Virus record (IMG/VR): IMGVR_UViG_3300042545_001167 | Coordinates: 32,001 to 96,000 of that record | DNA: 64,000 nucleotides | Reading direction: 5' to 3' (one strand) | Source of the DNA: a virus | Shown here: in pieces, positions 27,462-37,331 of the stretch | Layout of the letters: the number at the start of each line of letters is the position of its first letter | How positions within the stretch are numbered: position 1 is the stretch's first letter | The notes under the pieces: generated by a model | Seen by the model: only the letters and a program-made list of their open reading frames with translations | Databases searched by the model: none | What the model was told of the DNA's origin: nothing | Position numbers and translations under genes: made by a program

Positions 27462-28181
27462 CTATGCGAAAAAAGATGCTAACCCTTCTAGAACTACTTC
27501 ACTCTCTACTTTAGTTTTTGGATTTGTAACTGTAATTTTATGAGAAAGTCTTGGCATTGTTTCAAAGAATTTTTCAATTTCTTTGAACTGAGCAGAATTC
27601 ATCTGCTCTAAAAATTCAAGAAGTTCTTTTTTAGTTACATCAGATGCTGCCCACACTTCATCTTCAGTATAAATTTTATCAATACAAGATGCAATCAATT
27701 CAAATGATTGATCCATTGCATTATCATTTTTAAAATCAAAATTAGTCTTAATAAATTGATCCAATGAAGGATACTTCATTTCCATTATAATAGTAGGATC
27801 TACTTTAATTTTATTTGTATGAGTTTCTTCCTTTTGAACTTTAATGTCGTCTAGATTGATACTGACGGCAACATTAGTTTCTTCGTCGTCAGGACAAATA
27901 ACATTAACTTCGATTTCTTCTCCTACCGACTTTCCACGAATATTTAAGAACAAATATTCAATATCAAAAGTAGGAAGAGATTCTACCTTAACACCTTTTG
28001 TGATAATGCAATTTTTAATTACTGTCTTAATAGCAGTAGTAATTTGCTTAGTATCTTCACTCTCTAAAGCAATTACTAGTACCTTTTCTTCTTTTACTAG
28101 AAATGGTCTGTATTGAACTGTTTCCCCTGTTGATGGCAATTCAAGTTGATAAATTGGCGTACTAATCTTTGGTAAAGGCAT
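27462..28181 (-). CDS. gp26: Baseplate hub assembly protein gp26
   Basis: MPLPKI...YRPFLVKEEK...FDIEYLFLNIRGKSVGE...GLASFF. Confidence 0.85.
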   Translation of the reverse strand: MPLPKISTPIYQLELPSTGETVQYRPFLVKEEKVLVIALESEDTKQITTAIKTVIKNCIITKGVKVESLPTFDIEYLFLNIRGKSVGEEIEVNVICPDDEETNVAVSINLDDIKVQKEETHTNKIKVDPTIIMEMKYPSLDQFIKTNFDFKNDNAMDQSFELIASCIDKIYTEDEVWAASDVTKKELLEFLEQMNSAQFKEIEKFFETMPRLSHKITVTNPKTKVESEVVLEGLASFFA

Positions 28182-28225
28182 AATGTCCTATAGAAAATTT
28201 CAGGTATGATTATTTATTCTCAAAA

Positions 28226-29074
28226 TCAAAGATTAAGATTTGCTGCCTGTTGCAAATTAATAGAATTTCCAGATAACTGAGATGCTGACAAAGAAACTCC
28301 ACCAATTGTTTGGTTTGGAATAATCTGTGGATTTGTAAATACAGATTGATTGAATATTAAACTATTTGCTGCCGCAAGTTGTTGTGGACTTGATCCATTT
28401 ACATTAGTATTTGGGGTAATGACAGGATTTACAACATATCTAAGATATGTAAGAGAAACTGTACATTTTAATAAGGAAGCAGTATCGTAAGATACAGGTA
28501 TTGAAGAAACACTGATAGGGAATACTTTTACAAAAGTATACTCCAAAGACCCACCAGTATAGTTTGAGTTTTTACCAGTTCTTTCAAATTTTGTAACTTT
28601 CATTCCATCAGCAACATATCCACCACTTGGATTTTTTCCACCAGTTCCCTCAGGATAGTTCATTCTATAAAAATAATTACTACCAGTTGTTCCCACTCTA
28701 CCACCTTCTTTTTCTGAAATATTTTCCCCAACAATATATTTCATCCAGGTTTCAAAGTATCTGATAGGAAGATAATTTTCTGCATCAACATAAAAACTTA
28801 AATCAATTCTATCATCATATAATCTTCTATATACATGTCTTTCAGTTACTCCTGTAAAATCATTATTGATTTCGTGAGTTGCTAGACTTGACCCAGGAAG
28901 AGAAGCCTCAGAACACAATAAATTTAATTTGATTTGATCATACTTGACTCCATTACTCGACAAATAATCTGACGTTAATCCACCAGGTCTTGGAATACTT
29001 ACCTCAAAATGAGAGGTAAGAGCAGGTTGTAGAAGGTTTGCCTTAATTTGGTCTACTGTCCTATTAGTAGGCAT
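28226..29074 (-). CDS. Tail tube-fold protein (gp54/gp19-like tube initiator)
   Basis: LLCSEASLPG, YRRLYDDRIDLSFYVD, FETW, FPISV...TVSLTY. Confidence 0.65.
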   Translation of the reverse strand: MPTNRTVDQIKANLLQPALTSHFEVSIPRPGGLTSDYLSSNGVKYDQIKLNLLCSEASLPGSSLATHEINNDFTGVTERHVYRRLYDDRIDLSFYVDAENYLPIRYFETWMKYIVGENISEKEGGRVGTTGSNYFYRMNYPEGTGGKNPSGGYVADGMKVTKFERTGKNSNYTGGSLEYTFVKVFPISVSSIPVSYDTASLLKCTVSLTYLRYVVNPVITPNTNVNGSSPQQLAAANSLIFNQSVFTNPQIIPNQTIGGVSLSASQLSGNSINLQQAANLNL

Positions 29075-29075
29075 C

Positions 29076-29083
29076 TATAAATA
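29076..29083 (+). promoter_or_regulatory. T4-type late promoter TATAAATA
   Basis: Exact consensus 33 nt upstream of gp4. Confidence 0.75.
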
Positions 29084-29116
29084 CTTTTTGATCCGTTATA
29101 TTATGTAGTAAGGATA

Positions 29117-29560
29117 ATGGCAGAAAGTATTAAAAGCAAATACAAACCATCATTTCCACAAAAGTATAAAGGTGATCCTAATAATATCATATGCAGAAGT
29201 AGTTGGGAAAGACGATTTTGTCATTGGTGCGATTTAAACGAAAATATTATTGAATGGGGAAGTGAAGAATTTTGGATTCCATATCTTTCTCCAGTTGATA
29301 ATAGGGTTCATAGATATTTTCCAGACTTTATAATTAAAGTAAAAGAAAGTACTGGACAGATTAAAACATATGTGATTGAAGTCAAACCAAAAAGACAAAC
29401 GGAACCTCCAAAGAAAAAAACAAGAGTGACTAAATCATATCTTTATGAAGCAAAAACATATGCAGTCAACCAGGCAAAGTGGAAAGCTGCAGTTGAATGG
29501 TGCGAAGATAGGAGATTGGAGTTTAAGGTGATAACCGAAAACGAATTAGGCATCAAGTAA
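29117..29560 (+). CDS. gp4: Head completion nuclease gp4
   Basis: KYKGDP..I..RSSWE...WGSEE..IPY...HRYFPDF...EVKP...NQAKW. Confidence 0.9.
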   Translation: MAESIKSKYKPSFPQKYKGDPNNIICRSSWERRFCHWCDLNENIIEWGSEEFWIPYLSPVDNRVHRYFPDFIIKVKESTGQIKTYVIEVKPKRQTEPPKKKTRVTKSYLYEAKTYAVNQAKWKAAVEWCEDRRLEFKVITENELGIK

Positions 29561-29946
29561 TGGCACAAGGATTTGGACAGTATGTTGGATCTACTCCAAG
29601 AGTCAGAGAACTTAAAAAAAGAATTGATAAAGCAAATACAAAAGATCCAGAAGACTTAATGCTCATCATCATGGATGTTCTTAAGGAAGAAGTTTTATAT
29701 CCAGAACCAGGAAAATTCTATACCTTTATATACAATCCAAAAACACCAAATATTAGATATGACCAGCACCCACTAATTGCCTGCATGGAGTTACAAAAAT
29801 GGGGATTTAAGGCAATCAATTTTCATTGGAGAAAATCTAGAAACTATACTTGGGAAGAAATTGCAGGAAAACTTCATGTTGTTAAATATGAAGAACTTGA
29901 TGAATTACTCTCAATACCTTATGCAAAATTTCGTCTAAATAAATAA
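29560..29946 (+). CDS. DNA end protector gp2-like
   Basis: PGKFYTFIYNPKT...YDQHPL...INFH; follows gp4. Confidence 0.6.
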   Translation: MAQGFGQYVGSTPRVRELKKRIDKANTKDPEDLMLIIMDVLKEEVLYPEPGKFYTFIYNPKTPNIRYDQHPLIACMELQKWGFKAINFHWRKSRNYTWEEIAGKLHVVKYEELDELLSIPYAKFRLNK

Positions 29947-30018
29947 AAACTATGTGTCAATGTTTAGAACAATAAGACAACATATTCTAAACATCCTCTC
30001 TTCTGGGGAGGTATCTTA

Positions 30019-31389
30019 ATGCCAGCAACGAGTTATAGTTTTAAAGATGGTTCTTCTCCTGGTGCCAAAGGATATACAAGCGACCCCTTTCGAGTAAAAG
30101 TTGGAAATACTGTAACCAATTACACAGTAAAAACTGATGCGAATGTAGATAAAGATGGTAATATTATTGCGTCAAAATTGACATTACAAGATACTGTAAC
30201 TGCAAGAAGTGGAAAAACAGAAAGGGCTCTTGCAGTTTCTTTTGATGGTGGAAGAAATTGGTACGATCCCTCTTCTGGTGGAAAATCTAATCTAGTTCCA
30301 CTTAAACAGGAAATTTTAACAGCAGAACAAATTAAAGCATTAAAACCTGGAGGATCATTATATACAGGATCTAGACAAGCTGGGCAAACATCTGCACAAA
30401 AAGCAGAAGCAAGCAAACCTCAACAAGAACAATTGGGAGTTGGAAATGTTGCGGAATTGCCGAAAAAAGATGAACAATCAAAAAACTTTGAGGAGACAGA
30501 GAACGAAGTTAATAAAGGTCCTGCGGAAGGAACAAGAGAAAATTACAATGGAACAACTATATTAAAATATCCAGAAAATCTTCAATTAGAACACCAAGAT
30601 TGTATAAAATTTAGCATATTTAAATATGATCCAAGGGGATTGGGTCTTGTAGAAAATAGAGAGAGAAGAAGACTAAACAAAAAAACTCCAATAGGAACAA
30701 TTGTTCTTCCCGTCCCTGCAGGAATTAGTGATTCGAATACTGCCGATTGGCAAAAAGATGATCTAGATCTTGCAACTGCAGGAATTTCAGACTTCATTAC
30801 ACAATTTGTCTCTAAGGGCAAAGATGCGGGTGTTGCATCGGCAAAAGAAACACTTGGTGCATTGAGTGATACTGATTCAAAAACTCTTGCATCAATCGTT
30901 GCAGTAAAAACTGCCCAAGCAGTAACCAATACAAATGTTCTTTCAAGAGCATATGGGCAGGTCTTAAACCCAAACTCAGAACTATTATTCAGTGGACCAT
31001 CATTGAGAACCTTTAGTTTCTCATTTAGGTTATCACCAAGAAGTGAAAGTGAAGCAAAGATAGTTAGAACTATTATCAGATACTTCAAACAGGCAATGTC
31101 AGTTCAAAGAAGTCAATCCATTCTTCTTCTAAGAGCACCAAATACTTTTGGTATAGAATACCTAACTAGTGGTCAAAATTCACACCCATACTTAAATAAA
31201 TTTAAGGAGTGTGCATTAACTCAATGCAATGTTAATTACACTCCTGATGGACAGTACATGACTTATGCTACTGAAAAATCAATGACTTCTTATGAGATGC
31301 AATTACAATTCCAAGAACTTGAGCCAATCTTTAATGATGATTACACTGACGCTGATAATGGTAAATCAGATTCAAACATAGGTTACTAA
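30019..31389 (+). CDS. gp48: Baseplate tail tube cap gp48
   Basis: NPNSELLFSGPSLRTFSFSFRLSPRS..EA, CALTQCNVNYTPDG, LQFQELEP. Confidence 0.85.
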   Translation: MPATSYSFKDGSSPGAKGYTSDPFRVKVGNTVTNYTVKTDANVDKDGNIIASKLTLQDTVTARSGKTERALAVSFDGGRNWYDPSSGGKSNLVPLKQEILTAEQIKALKPGGSLYTGSRQAGQTSAQKAEASKPQQEQLGVGNVAELPKKDEQSKNFEETENEVNKGPAEGTRENYNGTTILKYPENLQLEHQDCIKFSIFKYDPRGLGLVENRERRRLNKKTPIGTIVLPVPAGISDSNTADWQKDDLDLATAGISDFITQFVSKGKDAGVASAKETLGALSDTDSKTLASIVAVKTAQAVTNTNVLSRAYGQVLNPNSELLFSGPSLRTFSFSFRLSPRSESEAKIVRTIIRYFKQAMSVQRSQSILLLRAPNTFGIEYLTSGQNSHPYLNKFKECALTQCNVNYTPDGQYMTYATEKSMTSYEMQLQFQELEPIFNDDYTDADNGKSDSNIGY

Positions 31390-31390
31390 A

Positions 31391-32089
31391 ATGGCAAATC
31401 CATATTTCCGTCAAGTTCCAAATCTTGATTATGTTAGCAGACTTCCAAATGCTAAGATAGGAGACTATATTCAAGTAAAAAATCTTTTCAAGAAAGGAAA
31501 ATTAAGAGAAGATATTTTTCAGAACTTAGCATTCTTTGAGAAATACAAGATTCTTGGAGATAACAGACCTGATAATGTTGCATTTGAAGTCTATGGAGAT
31601 TCAACATTAGATTGGGTAGTTCTTCTATCAAATAATATTGTAAATATTCAATCAGAATGGCCATTAACACAAAATTCATTTGATGATTGTCTTTTTAACA
31701 AGTATATGCAACAAGATGATTATACTGAAGAAGATGTTTATAATTCAGTCTACAATGGAATACATCACTACGAAACAACCGAAGTAAAAAATAGTCAAGG
31801 AGTAGTCATTGTTCCTGCAGGTCTCCAAGTCTCTTCAGACTATTCAGTAAGTTATTATGATTACTTTATTGACAATCAAGTTGATAGTGGAAATATTGCA
31901 GTGCCTGTCACCAATTATGAGTATGAAGAAAGATTGAATAATGATAAAAGAAATATCTACCTTCTCAAATCTACGTACTTAAATATTATTCTTGATGATA
32001 TGAATGATAATATGCAATACAAAAAAGGGTCTTCGCAGTATGTTAGCGAGACCCTTAAGAGAGCAGATAATATCCGTTTAACTAGTTAA
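31391..32089 (+). CDS. gp53: Baseplate wedge subunit gp53
   Basis: YFRQVP, RPDNVA..VYGD..LDWVVLL.N, IHHYET, NYEYE...N..KR.I. Confidence 0.85.
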   Translation: MANPYFRQVPNLDYVSRLPNAKIGDYIQVKNLFKKGKLREDIFQNLAFFEKYKILGDNRPDNVAFEVYGDSTLDWVVLLSNNIVNIQSEWPLTQNSFDDCLFNKYMQQDDYTEEDVYNSVYNGIHHYETTEVKNSQGVVIVPAGLQVSSDYSVSYYDYFIDNQVDSGNIAVPVTNYEYEERLNNDKRNIYLLKSTYLNIILDDMNDNMQYKKGSSQYVSETLKRADNIRLTS

Positions 32090-33037
32090 TCACTCTTCCG
32101 CCAATTTTTGGAAATAGGAAAGAGCATCATCTTCATCATCATCAACTTCCTTAGTAACTACAGGAAGTGAAGGAGACTTAGAACGAGCATAGGACTGCTC
32201 CAGTTCTTCTACGACACGACTTTCTGCAGTAGGAGTTACTGAATAGGACTCGTAATCATCCTCTTGCTCAACAACAGCACGAGACTGTGCAGGAGCAACT
32301 TTCTGACCCAGAACCATCTTCAGACGACGCTCAAGATCTTCATAAGACTTGAATTGGTCAGGAGCAGTTACTGCAGCAAGAGAATACTCTTTCTTCCAAA
32401 GTGCTTCCAGAGCATCATCGTCATCCAGTAGGGGTTCTACAGGACCAAACTCAGACTTATCATAGTTCCAGTAACCATCTTTCTTGACAATCTTCAGTTT
32501 GAAGTTTGCACCTTGCCAGAAGTCAAAGGGATTGATAGGAGTCTCATCTTCAAACTCAGGTTGCATAGCTTCCATAACCTTATCAAAGATTTTCTTACCA
32601 TACTTAAACAGGAAGACTTTACCTTCATTTGCAGGATTTACGGGATCCTTTACAACATAGATGTTGGAGTAGTAAGACAGTTTACGCTTCTGCTTACGGA
32701 CAGTTTCTTTATTTGATTCAGTGCCAGTGTTCCACAGTTCGCGGTTGTATTCACCAAGAGGATCTTTACCTCCAATGGTGGTGAGAGAGTTCTCAATATA
32801 CCAACCACCAGGACCTTGGAAAGCGTGAGAATACATCTTTGCCCAGGGAAGTTCTTCACCTTCAGGGGCGGGCAGGAAACGAATCACTGCGAATCCGTTA
32901 CCAGTTTTATCCATCTCGGGTTTCCAGAGACGCTCATCAGCACCACCAGAAGTAGTGCTCATCTTCTCAACTTCCTTTACCAGTTTGGAAGTGAGGGAAC
33001 CCAGTTTGGATTGTTTTTTGAGATCAGAAAAAGACAT
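32090..33037 (-). CDS. gp32: Single-stranded DNA-binding protein gp32
   Basis: DERLWKP, GFAVIRFLPA, HAFQGPGGWYIENSLTT, acidic tail. Confidence 0.95.
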   Translation of the reverse strand: MSFSDLKKQSKLGSLTSKLVKEVEKMSTTSGGADERLWKPEMDKTGNGFAVIRFLPAPEGEELPWAKMYSHAFQGPGGWYIENSLTTIGGKDPLGEYNRELWNTGTESNKETVRKQKRKLSYYSNIYVVKDPVNPANEGKVFLFKYGKKIFDKVMEAMQPEFEDETPINPFDFWQGANFKLKIVKKDGYWNYDKSEFGPVEPLLDDDDALEALWKKEYSLAAVTAPDQFKSYEDLERRLKMVLGQKVAPAQSRAVVEQEDDYESYSVTPTAESRVVEELEQSYARSKSPSLPVVTKEVDDDEDDALSYFQKLAEE

Positions 33038-33081
33038 TTGTATACCTCGGATTAATTGGATTTGGCTTTTGGTACTTCGTT

Positions 33082-33110
33082 ATTCTACTTGTCAGAACCA
33101 GTTTTGTCAA
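33082..33110 (-). promoter_or_regulatory. Sigma70-type promoter of gp32
   Basis: TTGACA-N17-TAGAAT. Confidence 0.7.
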
Positions 33111-33429
33111 TCTGTTCTTTCATTACTTCAAGCATCTTGGACATATTGTTCAAGATGATATTCATATCAGTGCCTGGTGGCATACCCATCATAATTGCAG
33201 ATTGCGTAATGCGTTCTTTCATTTCAATTGCTTCAGGGTCATCAGAAAGACTTAAGCGAGTATAAAGAACTTGCTGTTTACTTAGAAGTTTATCTAAAAG
33301 ATTAACATGACGAATTTTATCATCAGTTGTCATTGTGGGAAATTTAAAGACACTTCCATAAACTTCCTCTTGCAGTTCGGATATTTCTGCCATCTCTGCA
33401 CGAACAATTTCAGAATTAAAGAAACTCAT
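33085..33429 (-). CDS. Conserved cyanophage protein (DUF1825-like)
   Basis: MSFFNSEIVR...RLSLSDDPEA. Confidence 0.7.
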   Translation of the reverse strand: MSFFNSEIVRAEMAEISELQEEVYGSVFKFPTMTTDDKIRHVNLLDKLLSKQQVLYTRLSLSDDPEAIEMKERITQSAIMMGMPPGTDMNIILNNMSKMLEVMKEQIDKTGSDK

Positions 33430-34022
33430 GAATCTCCTAAAATTACTTCTTTCAAAATCTTCCTATAACGAAATACATCAATATTTAGAAAAGGGTTGTA
33501 CTTTTTAATTCTACGACTGACGGTTTCCCATACTGGGTCTTTGAGTTTCTTATCAAAGTTATTACCGTACTGGAAGATTCTATCACAAATCACCAGTGTC
33601 TCTAGAGAAATCTTCCCGCTCAGGAATTTTTTAAGAAGTGGTGGGTGTCCTTTTGAACAATCAAAGACTTCCTCAAACTTATTTTCTTCAAATATCTTTT
33701 GAGTTTCTTCCTTAAAGACATAAGATAATGATTGAACTTTCTTCTGCCATTCCTTATATCTTGTTTCCCCTTCTTTCATAATCTCTCCAATCCAAAGAGA
33801 TTCTGGATCATTACAAGATACAAAATTTGCAACAAAGAATTCTACGATTTCTTTATCGGTCTTTTGGCGAGTAACCTTTTCAAACCAGAAACGATCTTTA
33901 CGCTTATAGAAAGATTGAAGAGTTGCTCTACTTTTACCGCAGTACTTATGATAGTCATAAGAATCTTTTGTAAAGTGATTCTTTAGAGCAAGATATTCGC
34001 GATAGGCATCAAAGGGCATCAT
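33426..34022 (-). CDS. gp59: Helicase loader gp59
   Basis: YLALKNHFT..YDYHKY.GK...FYKRKDRFWFEK; adjacent to gp32 and gp33. Confidence 0.85.
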   Translation of the reverse strand: MMPFDAYREYLALKNHFTKDSYDYHKYCGKSRATLQSFYKRKDRFWFEKVTRQKTDKEIVEFFVANFVSCNDPESLWIGEIMKEGETRYKEWQKKVQSLSYVFKEETQKIFEENKFEEVFDCSKGHPPLLKKFLSGKISLETLVICDRIFQYGNNFDKKLKDPVWETVSRRIKKYNPFLNIDVFRYRKILKEVILGDS

Positions 34023-34076
34023 TAAAAAAGTAATATAGTGATTTTTTGCCGGGAAAAATTTCGCCCCTAAAATGAA

Positions 34077-34334
34077 TTAGAGGGGTAATTTTGCCCTGGA
34101 ACTTCTCTTGAGAAAATTAAGTTCCATTGCTTCGTACTTAATCTTTTCCTTAAGAGGTTTAGAAATAAGTTTAGGGACTGACTCCACATCAATACTATTC
34201 AGTTCACAAAAGTGAATGATTGCATCAATGTAACTCATATCCCCATTAATTTGAACAAGATTTTCAATCTCTTGAGCGAATCTTGACGGGCAAAAGAATT
34301 TACTTTCCAGTACCTTTTCTAGTTCATTCTCCAT
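34077..34334 (-). CDS. gp33: Late transcription coactivator gp33
   Basis: YIDAI..FCE...I..E.V.KLISKPLKEKIK.EA..LNFL; start taken at MENELE. Confidence 0.85.
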   Translation of the reverse strand: MENELEKVLESKFFCPSRFAQEIENLVQINGDMSYIDAIIHFCELNSIDVESVPKLISKPLKEKIKYEAMELNFLKRSSRAKLPL

Positions 34335-35004
34335 CTGACCCAGTATTGTGATGTACAAATTTTTTGATATACCGAACTAATAACTTAATATAATCGCCTT
34401 TGTTCCTTTTGTCAAATACTTTAACTTCACCACTAGGAGTAACCATTAAAGTAATCAATTTAACTGGAGCAATATCCGTTAGTTCGTAATAGGCAGCAGC
34501 ATAAAATGTTTCTTGAACAAAGTAATTTTCAATCCACTCTTCAGGTTTAATCTTATCCGATGTCTTAAAGTCTATAACTGCAAGTTCTCCTTCATATTCA
34601 GCAATACAATCAACTCTTCCAGCGAGTCCAAAATATTCTGAGTATAAAGTCCTTTCAATTGCATGAATATTATTTATCTTATCAAGATAAGGCTTAGCAT
34701 GAATGAACATAATCTTTGTCATTGGTTGGTAATTGTTCCAATCCAATTCCTTGTTTTCCAAATAATCCTGACAGACTTGGTGAAAATCTGTTCCTCTTGC
34801 AGTTGCTCTTTTAGTAATACGGTTTGCTTCTTCAAGACCAACTCTTTGTCTCCACTTAACAAAGATGTCCTTGTTATAAAAAGAAGTTACAGAAGTAATA
34901 GAAGGCACCCATTCTCCATTGGGTAGGTTATAGAGACGGATGCTTTCTGTAGTTTTACATTCTAGTTCAATGTCACCCAGATAATTATGATGAATAAAAC
35001 TCAT
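34324..35004 (-). CDS. PD-(D/E)XK exonuclease
   Basis: PSITSV, RGTDFH, AGRVDCIAEY...IDFKTS. Confidence 0.85.
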   Translation of the reverse strand: MSFIHHNYLGDIELECKTTESIRLYNLPNGEWVPSITSVTSFYNKDIFVKWRQRVGLEEANRITKRATARGTDFHQVCQDYLENKELDWNNYQPMTKIMFIHAKPYLDKINNIHAIERTLYSEYFGLAGRVDCIAEYEGELAVIDFKTSDKIKPEEWIENYFVQETFYAAAYYELTDIAPVKLITLMVTPSGEVKVFDKRNKGDYIKLLVRYIKKFVHHNTGSDGE

Positions 35005-35753
35005 AGACCAGATTCCATTTTTGCAATAATATACTCTTTAACAAATCCAGAGCGGACAATATCTCCTACACCAAATTCAACAATATCAATTGAAGGCATT
35101 ACACGGAGAATCTTCATAAAATCAATAATACCATTCTTTTCGTTTGTTTTAACTAAGTCAGATTGAGTGGCATCACCACAGAACATAATCTTAGAATTTT
35201 CACCAACACGAGTAATGATACTATCAAGTTCGTGAAAGTTTAGATTCTGAAACTCATCTACAATAATGATTGCATTGTCCAGAGTAGTTCCCCTAATAAA
35301 AGAAGTACTCCAAAAACTAATCGTTCCTTGAGTTTTGAGGTTTCCATATAGCATTTCGAACGATGCTTCATCAGGCAACTCAAACATATACTTCACCATA
35401 TTCTTATAGGGAATTTGGTAAAGAGAAGACTTATCTTCATGGTCTCCAGGAAGGAAACCAATCTCACGAGTTGCAACAAGAGACCTTACAATATAGATTT
35501 TCTCATAAGGAGTTTTTTCATCAAGAACATCTTTTAGAGCATTATACAAGGTAATAAATGTCTTACCTGTACCAGCACATCCATAAGCAACAATATTTTG
35601 TTCTAACTTATAAGACTTAAATAGTGCTTCTTGATTATCTGTGAGAGGTTCAATATCTCTTATAATATCAAGACTAATTGGTTTTTTCCTTTTCATTTGC
35701 CTATTACTCATACCAAAAGGAACTGGATTCTTGGGAGTATTTTTTCTTGCCAT
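35001..35753 (-). CDS. phoH: PhoH family ATPase
   Basis: GCAGTGKT, IGFLPG, RGTTL, DEFQN, GDATQSDL. Confidence 0.93.
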   Translation of the reverse strand: MARKNTPKNPVPFGMSNRQMKRKKPISLDIIRDIEPLTDNQEALFKSYKLEQNIVAYGCAGTGKTFITLYNALKDVLDEKTPYEKIYIVRSLVATREIGFLPGDHEDKSSLYQIPYKNMVKYMFELPDEASFEMLYGNLKTQGTISFWSTSFIRGTTLDNAIIIVDEFQNLNFHELDSIITRVGENSKIMFCGDATQSDLVKTNEKNGIIDFMKILRVMPSIDIVEFGVGDIVRSGFVKEYIIAKMESGL

Positions 35754-35761
35754 AATAAGAG

Positions 35762-36010
35762 TCAGATAGATTTTACTTTTGAACCAGGAACCTTTGATGC
35801 TCTATGAAGAACATCATTCCAGCCTGGATGGGATTTCTTCAGTCTATCATAAACTTCTCCCAGTTCTCCTGAACTTGGGCAAGTAGATGGATCAGACCAA
35901 TCTCTATCCCACTCTGGATTGTCCTTTTTCCATTGATCCCAATCATGAACACTCATTACAACATCTTTTTGTTCACCAGTTTCTTTATTAATAACAGGAT
36001 AAGTTGCCAA
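35762..36010 (-). CDS. Conserved hypothetical protein (TTG start, MATYPVINKETGEQK...)
   Basis: GGAG Shine-Dalgarno before the TTG; this position between thyX and phoH is typical. Confidence 0.65.
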   Translation of the reverse strand: MATYPVINKETGEQKDVVMSVHDWDQWKKDNPEWDRDWSDPSTCPSSGELGEVYDRLKKSHPGWNDVLHRASKVPGSKVKSI

Positions 36011-36039
36011 CTTTATTACTCCATAGTATGTAAGGGTAT

Positions 36040-36753
36040 TTATTCTATGCAAATAGAGGGTGCATCCACACATTCTGTACAACCTTCACGAGTCCATTCA
36101 AGTGCAGAAGATACAGCAGGAAACTGACAAGTAAAGAGGCAACGAATTGCTTCTGCAATATCCTTATGTTCTTTCTGAGTACCGTGTGCTGAGCGAAGGT
36201 CGATATAGTGAATCCAGGACCTCACAGAACCCGTCATATAGAGGCGTGTAGGCGTTGCAAGAGGCAGGACGAACCTTGCACACTCCTTTGCCACTCCTGC
36301 CTCTAGGAGGCGGTCATAGAGTCTCTGAGCAGCAGCAAAATGAATCCTAATATCTTCAAGCAATGTCAGTTTCAGATAATCGCCCATATCATTAATTGAG
36401 TTCTGGCGATTCTTTGTATCCTGACGACGAAGTTCTGGTAGAGGAATAGTTCCACCAAGCAGATTCGTATCTGCATATCGTTGAGAAAACTCCTGAAATG
36501 TAAATGACCTGTGTCGCAGTATCTGAGCTGCAATACCACGAGTCGTATTAATCTCAACAGTCATTGTTGCCTGTTCAAAAATACTCCAGTGTTGGTGCTT
36601 AATACAATACTTAAGTAATCCAGAGAAATTATCATTCTCTTGATTGTTTGGATTACTTACACGAGCACAATATGCCATGTGCTTCTCTGCATCAGGAGTA
36701 ACACTAATTAGTTTTACTTCTGGTTTCATAAGTTCGTAGTCTTCAAACTTCAT
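36040..36753 (-). CDS. thyX: Flavin-dependent thymidylate synthase
   Basis: QILRHRSFTFQEFSQRY signature; start approximate. Confidence 0.93.
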   Translation of the reverse strand: MKFEDYELMKPEVKLISVTPDAEKHMAYCARVSNPNNQENDNFSGLLKYCIKHQHWSIFEQATMTVEINTTRGIAAQILRHRSFTFQEFSQRYADTNLLGGTIPLPELRRQDTKNRQNSINDMGDYLKLTLLEDIRIHFAAAQRLYDRLLEAGVAKECARFVLPLATPTRLYMTGSVRSWIHYIDLRSAHGTQKEHKDIAEAIRCLFTCQFPAVSSALEWTREGCTECVDAPSICIE

Positions 36754-36916
36754 CGTCATAAAATACTTCGTCGTAATCTGCAATGTACTGAGAAATCTGT
36801 TCGTATGGTAGAGGTTTATATTCATCTACATCTACATCAGAACAAATCTCTGACTTAAGACATTCTACCAGAGATTCAAGATTTTGTACAATTAACTTAA
36901 GCTTTTCTTGATCCAT
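36743..36916 (-). CDS. Small acidic hypothetical protein (57 aa, MDQEKLKLIVQNLESLVE...)
   Basis: ORF read manually, downstream of a consensus promoter. Confidence 0.6.
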   Translation of the reverse strand: MDQEKLKLIVQNLESLVECLKSEICSDVDVDEYKPLPYEQISQYIADYDEVFYDDEV

Positions 36917-36939
36917 TCATATCAACCCGGACAAAGGTA

Positions 36940-36968
36940 ATTATACACAAAAAAAGAGGGGTAGTCAA
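36940..36968 (-). promoter_or_regulatory. Sigma70-type promoter overlapping a terminator
   Basis: TTGACT-N17-TATAAT. Confidence 0.65.
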
Positions 36969-36980
36969 GTACCCCTCTTT
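36949..36980 (-). terminator. Intrinsic terminator
   Basis: GAGGGGTA-CTTGAC-TACCCCTC followed by T7. Confidence 0.8.
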
Positions 36981-36981
36981 C

Positions 36982-37302
36982 TCAATCTCTTTGTCTCCAG
37001 TCATCTGGTTTATCTTCAGTGAAGAAATCTATAATATCATCAACTGTATTAAATCCAGATACTCCTTTGGACTCATGACCAATTCCACCAATATCAAGTT
37101 GGTTCAAAAAATCATCTAATCCACCTTCTTGCATATCAGGATTTTCTGCTTTACGTCTTGCCTGACGAAGCAGTGTGCCAGCACTTCTATTTGCCTGAGC
37201 AAGTTTCTCTGCCCAGATCATCTCACTTAATTCTACCGATTCACCTTTTACAATTCGTTCACATATTGCTTCAAGTCGAAGACGATATTGTGTAGAGAGC
37301 AT
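36982..37302 (-). CDS. Conserved hypothetical protein
   Basis: MLSTQYRLRLE...DWRQRD. Confidence 0.7.
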   Translation of the reverse strand: MLSTQYRLRLEAICERIVKGESVELSEMIWAEKLAQANRSAGTLLRQARRKAENPDMQEGGLDDFLNQLDIGGIGHESKGVSGFNTVDDIIDFFTEDKPDDWRQRD

Positions 37303-37331
37303 AAACTTTACCAGATATAGTGTTATTTATT

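Noticed and set aside
33038-33075. gp32 autoregulatory operator or pseudoknot
   Set aside because: Only a short unstructured leader with AATCC-like repeats is visible, and no convincing pseudoknot could be drawn.
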